Positions 56,155 to 64,000 of a stretch of DNA of 64,000 bases are shown piece after piece; position 1 is the stretch's first letter; the number at the start of each line of letters is the position of its first letter. The notes under the pieces are model-generated. The model had not been told where the DNA came from. It was given only the letters and a program-made list of their open reading frames with translations, and did not search any database. The stretch spans positions 94,528 to 158,527 of the forward strand of contig JAGWAG010000001.1 in the NCBI GenBank assembly GCA_021296535.1, in the 5' to 3' direction. The translations under genes were made by a program, and so were the position numbers. The stretch is from Acidobacteriota bacterium. GTDB lineage: Bacteria; Acidobacteriota; Thermoanaerobaculia; Multivoradales; Multivoraceae.

Positions 56155-57471
56155 ATGACTCGTGCCGCCACGCTGCCCCGCCTGCTGACCGCCCTCCTTG
56201 CGGTCGCTTTCCTGAGCCTCGCTTTCGTCGCCTGCGACCAGACCCGGGCCGATGTCCCGGTCCAGGGTCCCCGCGACCTGGCGCGCGTGGCGCCCGAAGA
56301 GGTCGGCATGTCGAGCGACCGGCTAGAGCGCCTGAACGGCGCGATGCAGCGCCTCGTCGACGACGGCCTCCTCGCCGGAATCACGACGATGATCTCCCGC
56401 CACGGCAAGGTCGCCCACTTCGGCACGTTCGGACACCAGAACATCGAGGACGGCGTCGAGATGAGCGAGGACACGATCTTCCGCATCTACTCGATGACGA
56501 AGCCGATCACCGGCGTCGCGCTGATGATCCTCTACGAAGAGGGCGAGTTCCGCCTCTCCGACCCGGTCCACCGGTACATCCCCGAGTTCGAGGGCCTCGT
56601 CGTCGCCAAGGAGGACGGGCCGAACGGCCAGCCGATCACCGAGCCGGCCGACCACCCGATGACCATCCGCGAGCTGATGGCGCACACCGCCGGCCTCAGC
56701 TACGGCATCTTCTCGCAGTCCCAGGTCGACGCTCTCTACAACGAGGCGAACGTCCTCGACAACGACTCGACCCTCAAGAACATGATCGACAAGCTGTCGA
56801 AGATCCCGTTGCGCCAGCAGCCCGGATCGATGTGGCACTACAGCGTCGCCGTCGACGTCCAGGGCTACCTCGTCGAGGTCCTCTCCGGCCAACGCTTCGA
56901 CGAATTCCTGAACGAGCGCATCTTCGGCCCCCTGGGCATGAACGACACGGCCTTCCACGTCGCCGCAGACAAGGCGGACCGCTTCTCCCAGGTCTACACC
57001 CACGACGCGGATGGCAACCTGATGGCCCAGGAGGGCTTCGGCGGCCGCCGCGACTACCTCGACCCGCCGAACTTCCTGTCCGGCGGCGGCGGCCTGGTCT
57101 CGACCACGATGGACTACATGCGCTTCAGCCAGATGCTGCTCAACGGCGGCGAGCTGGACGGCGTCCGCATCCTCGCCCCCTCGACCGTCAAGCTGATGCA
57201 CCTTAACCACCTGCCCCGCGAACTCAAGGAGATGTCCCCGGGCACCGGCTTCGGCCTCGACTTCGCCGTCGTCCTCGACCCCGTCGCCGCTGACGGCATC
57301 TCCAAGGGCGAGTACTACTGGGGCGGCGCCGCCGGCACCTGGTTCTGGATCGACCCCAAGGAAGACCTCGTCTTCGTCGGCATGATCCAGCACTTCGGAC
57401 CGCGACGGCCGGACGTTCGGTCGCTGAGCCGCCGTCTCACCTACCAGGCAATCCTCGAACCCGCCTCGTAA
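56155..57471 (+). CDS. Serine hydrolase, beta-lactamase/esterase family; probable lipoprotein
   Basis: Hydrophobic signal ending FVAC; FRIYSMTK (SxxK), HTAGL, WHYS, GGGL, WGGAAGT. Confidence 0.92.
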   Translation: MTRAATLPRLLTALLAVAFLSLAFVACDQTRADVPVQGPRDLARVAPEEVGMSSDRLERLNGAMQRLVDDGLLAGITTMISRHGKVAHFGTFGHQNIEDGVEMSEDTIFRIYSMTKPITGVALMILYEEGEFRLSDPVHRYIPEFEGLVVAKEDGPNGQPITEPADHPMTIRELMAHTAGLSYGIFSQSQVDALYNEANVLDNDSTLKNMIDKLSKIPLRQQPGSMWHYSVAVDVQGYLVEVLSGQRFDEFLNERIFGPLGMNDTAFHVAADKADRFSQVYTHDADGNLMAQEGFGGRRDYLDPPNFLSGGGGLVSTTMDYMRFSQMLLNGGELDGVRILAPSTVKLMHLNHLPRELKEMSPGTGFGLDFAVVLDPVAADGISKGEYYWGGAAGTWFWIDPKEDLVFVGMIQHFGPRRPDVRSLSRRLTYQAILEPAS

Positions 57472-57499
57472 GCAGGCGGGCAGCGTCCGCCCAACATTC

Positions 57500-57790
57500 G
57501 ATAACCCGGGATCCGGTCTTCGAGGCTGGTCATCGGCTGGGGCCAGGGCCCGGTTCGTCGCCGCGGCCCACTCGTGCCGCCAATGCTTGAGGAGTGCGCG
57601 GTCGTTCGGGTGCCGCCGTCGTGGTAGGCCACCTCGGCGACCATGCCGCGATTGACGCACTGCTCTGAGACGAAGTCGCGCACGAGCTGGCGCCGCTGGT
57701 CGGGCAGAAGCTCCTTCGGCAGGGCAACGACGATCTCGGGGGCAACCTGGGAGTTCTTGCGCGTCTCGGCCGACTCGACACTTCCGCACG
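57500..57790 (-). pseudogene. MobA/MobL (MOB_Q) relaxase relic
   Basis: Minus-strand translation VESAETRKNSQVAPEIVVALPKELLPDQRRQLVRDFVSEQCVNRGMVAEVAYHD, then NDRALLKHWRHEWAAATNRAL in another frame. N-terminus and HxH motif are missing. Confidence 0.8.
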
Positions 57791-57827
57791 GAGCGCCGGA
57801 CTGGCGGAGAATCCGGCCGGAAGCGAC

Positions 57828-58238
57828 CTATGCTCCGAGCAAAGTAACCAAGTCGCTGTCTCCCACGCGCCGCACGGCGCGCGCATCGGCGGTGAGCCAT
57901 TCGCCGCCGACAAGCGAAGCCAGAGCCACGTACAAAGCGTCGTATCCCGACAGCCTCCACCGGCCGGCAAAGTCGGCCGCCAGAGCCAGAAGTTCGTGTC
58001 CGTTTCCGACCCGCTTCATGCCGAGTGCCTCCACCAGAGCAAGGGCCTCCTTCACCTTCGACGGACTGCTATCCGGCAATCGGCAGAGAACCGCCAACAG
58101 CTCATTCATGAAGAGATCGGGGACGACGTAACTCGAGGGTTCCTCCTGGATCTCTCCGAGAACGCGCTCAGCCTCCTCCACCAGCTTCTCGCCGGCCACG
58201 AACCACTTGATCGCCACCGAGGCGTCAACGACGATCAC
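57828..58238 (-). CDS. VapC/PIN-domain toxin
   Basis: IVVDASVAIKWF, NE, YDALYVALA, LTAD; GTGA overlap with the antitoxin. Confidence 0.9.
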   Translation of the reverse strand: MIVVDASVAIKWFVAGEKLVEEAERVLGEIQEEPSSYVVPDLFMNELLAVLCRLPDSSPSKVKEALALVEALGMKRVGNGHELLALAADFAGRWRLSGYDALYVALASLVGGEWLTADARAVRRVGDSDLVTLLGA

Positions 58239-58498
58239 GACCTCAGATCGCGCAGGATGTCGAGCGTCGTGCCCTCGGCCGGCGATTCGAACTTCAGTCC
58301 GCGAAGTCGGGCAACCACTTCACGCCGGCGTTCGTCGGCTTCCCGGTCGACGAAGCGTTCGCGGTAGTCCTTGAGGCTCACCAGGGCCGCCGCCGGCATC
58401 CGGCGTCGGCAGACCAGAATCGGGTCTCCGTGCCGTTCCAGATGATCGAGAACCTGGCCGAGACTCTGACGTAGCTGCAGGGCGTTCACAGTTTTCAT
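58235..58498 (-). CDS. Phd/YefM family antitoxin
   Basis: MKTVNALQLRQSLGQVLD..PILV.RR..PAAALVS; 87 aa. Confidence 0.88.
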   Translation of the reverse strand: MKTVNALQLRQSLGQVLDHLERHGDPILVCRRRMPAAALVSLKDYRERFVDREADERRREVVARLRGLKFESPAEGTTLDILRDLRS

Positions 58499-58537
58499 GA
58501 CAGTTTGGAGTATGGAACCTGCACACTTGGGTGTCAA
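58488..58537 (-). promoter_or_regulatory. TA promoter TTGACA-N17-CATACT with an AAACTGT direct repeat over the start codon
   Basis: -35 at 58532-58537 and -10 at 58509-58514, 10 nt before the ATG. Confidence 0.7.
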
Positions 58538-58584
58538 GAAGGAGACAGGCCGGGCACCCCGGGAGACTTCGACCTCCGTGCCCG

Positions 58585-59813
58585 CTACCGCTTCGCCTTC
58601 TTGCCGAACATGATCCCCGCGACGCGGCGGATCTGGATCTCCTCGGAGCCTTCGGTGATCCGGTACCGCCGGTGGTGGCGGTAGATGTGCTCGAAGGGCA
58701 TGTGGCGGGTGTAGCCGATGCCGCCGTGGGTCTGGATGGCCCGGTCGGCGGCGTTGCAGACGAGCCGGTTCGCGCGGTAGTTGCACATGGAGACCTTGTC
58801 GGTGACCTCCATGTGGTGCTGCTGGTCGAGTTCCCAGGCGGTCTTGTAGACGAGGTTGCGGACCATCTCGCATTCGGTCTGGAGTTCGGCGAGGGGGAAC
58901 TGGATCGCCTGGTTGAGCCATAGCGGCTTGCCGAAGACCGTCCGCTCGCGGGCGTACTTGACGCTTTCGTTGATGCAGAACTGGGCGGCGCCGACGCCGG
59001 AGGCGGCCTGGCGAATGCGGTTCTCGTGGACGAAGGTCTGGGCGAGGGCGAGGCCGCGGCCCTCCTCGCCGAGGATCGCTTCGTTCGGCACGCGCACGTC
59101 GGTCAACGACACCTCCGCGTGATCCGTCGGCATGTTGAAGGTCCACCACATGAAGGGGATCTCGAAACCGGGTGAGTCCGTCGGCACGATGAAGCAGGTC
59201 ACGCCGTCCGCCTTTCCCGGATCGCCCGCGGTGCGGGCGAAGATCAGGTCGTGGGTCGCCGCGTGGAGGCCCGAGTTGAACCGCTTGGCGCCGTTGATCA
59301 CCCAGTCGTCGCCATCTCGGACACCGGCGGTCTCGAGCCAGGTCGCGTCGGAGCCGTGATTCGGTTCGGTCAGGCCGAAGCCCATCCGCACCGCGCCGGT
59401 CATCATGCCCTCCATGAACTGCTCCTTCTGGGAGGGCGTCCCGAAGCGGTGCATCATGATCACATCGAGGACTCGTTCTGCAGGTCGTTGTGCAGGCCGA
59501 GGCCCTTGGCGGCCAGGTGTTCGCGGATCACCGCCATTGCCAGGTTCGAGCCGTCCTGGCCGCCGAGATCCTTCGGCAGGCCGAAGCGAAGGTGACCGGC
59601 CGCGTCGGCTCGGCGCTTCATCTCGCGTAGCAGGGCCTCCCACTCGGGGCGCGGCGTGCCGTCGTTCTCAAAGTCGGTCCGCGCCCACTCACGGCGCTGG
59701 TCGAAGAACCGGATGTTGTCGTCCTGCTGCTCCAACGGCTTGATGTCACGCTCGATGAAGTCGTCGAGCTCGGCCAACTTCTCGCGGATGTCCTGGGGGA
59801 TCTCGAAGTCCAT
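58585..59813 (-). pseudogene. Acyl-CoA dehydrogenase, frameshifted near 59465
   Basis: N-terminal part MDFEIPQD...GLHNDLQNESS (ORF 59460..60104); C-terminal part VIMMHRFG..FGLTEPNHGSD..RITEGSEE (ORF 58585..59643). Confidence 0.85.
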
Positions 59814-59823
59814 GTTTCTCCCG

Positions 59824-60715
59824 TTACCCGGCTTCCAGGTACGCGTCGATGATCTCGCCCAGCCGTTCCGGCGCGTCGAAGTGGACCATGTGGCTGAACG
59901 TTGCGGAACAGGCGGACCCGGCGCTCGATCTCGTCCGGCGCGGCCGGCGTGTCGTGATCGATCCCGCCACGACCGCGGTAGAACTCGGCGGAACGGCCCC
60001 CGGTGACCACGAGCACCGGGCAGACAACCCACGGCCAGCGTTCCTCGGACAGCCTGCTCGACATCGTCAGCCCCGTCGTCTCCACCTGCGGGTCCCACTT
60101 CCACTGCAGGCCGCCGTACGGGTGCTCGGTCGTCCCGATTTCGACCAGGTGCCGCGCCAGGTCGTGATCGAGCCCCGGATGGAACCGGCAGTAGAGCCGC
60201 CAGGCGTCGTCCAGGTCCATCATCGGTCGCTTGTGGCCCCCGGGCCGCAACAGGCTCGTGTGACCGTTCTGGAGACGGAGCTGCCGGTTCTCGACCGGCA
60301 TGTCGCTCTCCCGAAAGGGAGCGCCGACGCCGTCGATGTTGACGACCACGCTTGGCACGTCGTTGAATACCGCCGCGTAGTGGCTGACGATGTGGCCGCC
60401 CAGGCTGTGGCCGACCAGCACCGGGCGCTCCAGTTGGAGCTGGAAGATGACCGCGTGCAGATCGGCGATGAAGTGCGGCAGGGCGTAGACCCCCGGCTTG
60501 CCGCTGTCGCCGTGACCGCGCAGATCGAAGGAAACGACCCGGTACCGGTCGCGGAAGCGGTTCGCTACCGGCTCGAACGCCAGCGCCAGGTCCTGCATGC
60601 CGTGCAGCAAAACGAGAGGCGGCGCACCCTCGTTGCCGTAGTCGTAGACCTGCAGTTCGATGCCGCCTGCTCCGGGAAGGCGGAGACTCCGGGGCTCAGT
60701 CGAGTCTGTCGTCAT
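59824..60715 (-). pseudogene. Alpha/beta hydrolase, frameshifted near 59895 just before the catalytic His
   Basis: HGMQD, DLRGHGDS, GHSLGG in one frame; HMVHFDAPERL...LEAG* in another (ORF 59824..60027). Confidence 0.82.
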
Positions 60716-60802
60716 GGTGCGCGGGAGGATACGCCAAGCACGACGAAAGACCGGCTCAGCTCGGTTTTCGTTCCGCCAAGTCGACCGGCAACGCGGTTGC
60801 TC

Positions 60803-60847
60803 TTGCCCGACCCCTACGCTTGTGCCTACAATGGTCACATGGTGACC
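60803..60847 (+). promoter_or_regulatory. Leaderless TA promoter with operator palindrome
   Basis: TTGCCC-N18-TACAAT, 6 nt before the ATG; GGTCAC-ATG-GTGACC inverted repeat centred on the start codon. Confidence 0.75.
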
Positions 60848-61123
60848 GTTGGAGCGAGAGAACTCAAGACGAGGTTGGGGACCTATCTCCGGAGAGTGCG
60901 CGAGGGTTCGGTGATTCTCGTGACCGAACGAGGCCGCCCGGTCGCTGAACTCCGGCCGCTGCCGACCGCCGCGTCGGACGAGGAGGAGAAGCTCCTCGAC
61001 CTCGCGGCCAGGGGACTCGTGACGCTGGGGACCGCGCGCCTTCGGCCGTTCATCGAACCGGTCCCCGTGCGCGGCGGATCGGTCGCGACGACCATCGTCG
61101 AGGAGCGAGACGATCGGTTCTGA
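60839..61123 (+). CDS. Phd/YefM family antitoxin
   Basis: MVTVGARELKTRLGTYLRRVREG..ILVTERGRPVAEL. Confidence 0.92.
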   Translation: MVTVGARELKTRLGTYLRRVREGSVILVTERGRPVAELRPLPTAASDEEEKLLDLAARGLVTLGTARLRPFIEPVPVRGGSVATTIVEERDDRF

Positions 61124-61554
61124 TGCTGTTCCTCGACGCGAGCGCTCTGGTGAAGCGGTACGTCGAGGAAGACGGATCGGACTTCATCATCGAAGTCATG
61201 GCCGGGCAACCCGTAGCCATCAGCCGACTGTCGGCGACCGAGGTGGTCACGGCGATCTGTCGGCGCTGCCGGGAAGGCGACATGCGGGTCGAACAGCGCG
61301 AAGCCGCCCTGCTCTCCCTGGACACCGAGCGCCCGGCCTTCCATGTGGTGGAGTTCACGGAAGAGATCACGACGAGGGCCGCAGCGCTGCTGCGCCGGCA
61401 CCCGCTCCGCGCAAGCGATTCGGTGCAGCTTGCCTCCTGCCTGTTGCTGGCCGATGAGCTGGGAACCCCTGCGCGCCTCGTCGCGTTCGACGAACGCCTC
61501 GTGGACGCCGCCCAGGCAGAGGGTGTCGAGTGCCTGGCCACCAGCGCCTGGTAA
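61123..61554 (+). CDS. VapC/PIN-domain toxin
   Basis: FLDASALVKRYVEEDGS, E, LRASDSVQLAS, FDERL; TGATG coupling. Confidence 0.92.
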   Translation: MLFLDASALVKRYVEEDGSDFIIEVMAGQPVAISRLSATEVVTAICRRCREGDMRVEQREAALLSLDTERPAFHVVEFTEEITTRAAALLRRHPLRASDSVQLASCLLLADELGTPARLVAFDERLVDAAQAEGVECLATSAW

Positions 61555-61630
61555 AGCGCCAAACCGCTCGCAGGCGCGGGAGTAAACTCCAGCGCGCAAC
61601 ACTCACCGACAGCCTGGAGAACCTGACGAG

Positions 61631-63682
<2,052 letters not shown>

Positions 63683-63704
63683 TCGAGGCCGGTTGTCCGC
63701 CTCG

Positions 63705-64000
63705 ATGGGCCTTCTGCGCAGCCTCGTTCGTTCCCGTTCCGGAACGAAGATCCGCGTCCGTGTCCTGATCCGGGGCCGCATCGGCGCCGGCTGGCACGAC
63801 GTCGACCGCACGTTCCGGCTGCCGCAAGGCGCCACACTCGCGGAGTTGCTGCCGGCCGCCGACCGAGCCGGAGTGCCGCTCTCCGAGGCGATCAGGGCCT
63901 CGCCGCACCTGCGCGACACGCTGATGATCAACGGCGAGCGTTGCCCCCTGGATGCGAACCGCGAACGGCCGCTCGAGGACGGTGACGAGATCTACCTGCT
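63705..64000 (+). CDS. MoaD/ThiS ubiquitin-like protein, runs off the window end
   Basis: Not in the ORF track. [44 protein letters not shown]. Confidence 0.85.
   Translation, partial: MGLLRSLVRSRSGTKIRVRVLIRGRIGAGWHDVDRTFRLPQGATLAELLPAADRAGVPLSEAIRASPHLRDTLMINGERCPLDANRERPLEDGDEIYL

Noticed and set aside
56155..57471. Beta-lactam resistance gene
   Set aside because: It has SxxK, but the remaining motifs (WHYS, WGGAAGT) fit the broad esterase/serine hydrolase group. Resistance cannot be inferred.
57460..61580. att sites or target-site duplications bounding the TA island
   Set aside because: No convincing direct repeat was found by eye; only short GC-rich similarities.

Overview
High-GC (roughly 70%) bacterial chromosomal window from a Gram-negative organism (lpxB present). 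Gene order and protein signatures suggest Acidobacteriota; this is inference, not a search result. About 1-47 kb is mostly core genome: truB-rpsO-pnp; larC, radC-like, speB; thrC-AGCS-DASS; a pseudokinase-GT2-GT4-CPBP operon; rpsA-ihfB-lpxB-yicC-gmk-rpoZ-coaBC-udg-cysK/CBS; a glycosyltransferase cluster running into thyA-folA-queG; comM-M23-secA-guaB; rimO-ribF-trxA-M24. About 47-64 kb is accessory catabolism: acyl-CoA dehydrogenases and ligase, oxoprolinase B half, hydrolases, and AOR + MoaD. It includes a decayed island with a MobA/MobL relaxase relic and two Phd-VapC toxin-antitoxin pairs. No rRNA, tRNA, CRISPR array or intact transposase was recognised. Best leads: (1) a tandemly duplicated two-gene module of an unknown small helical protein plus a GT4, each copy with its own -10 element; (2) a 500-bp intergenic region with a palindrome, a sigma70 promoter, a short ORF with a perfect SD and several hairpins; (3) opposite-charge repeat tails on PNPase (RGG) and ribosomal protein S1 (Ala/Glu/Asp); (4) two consecutive apparent CTG starts; (5) five small frameshifting lesions, one in essential coaBC, which may be assembly artefacts.
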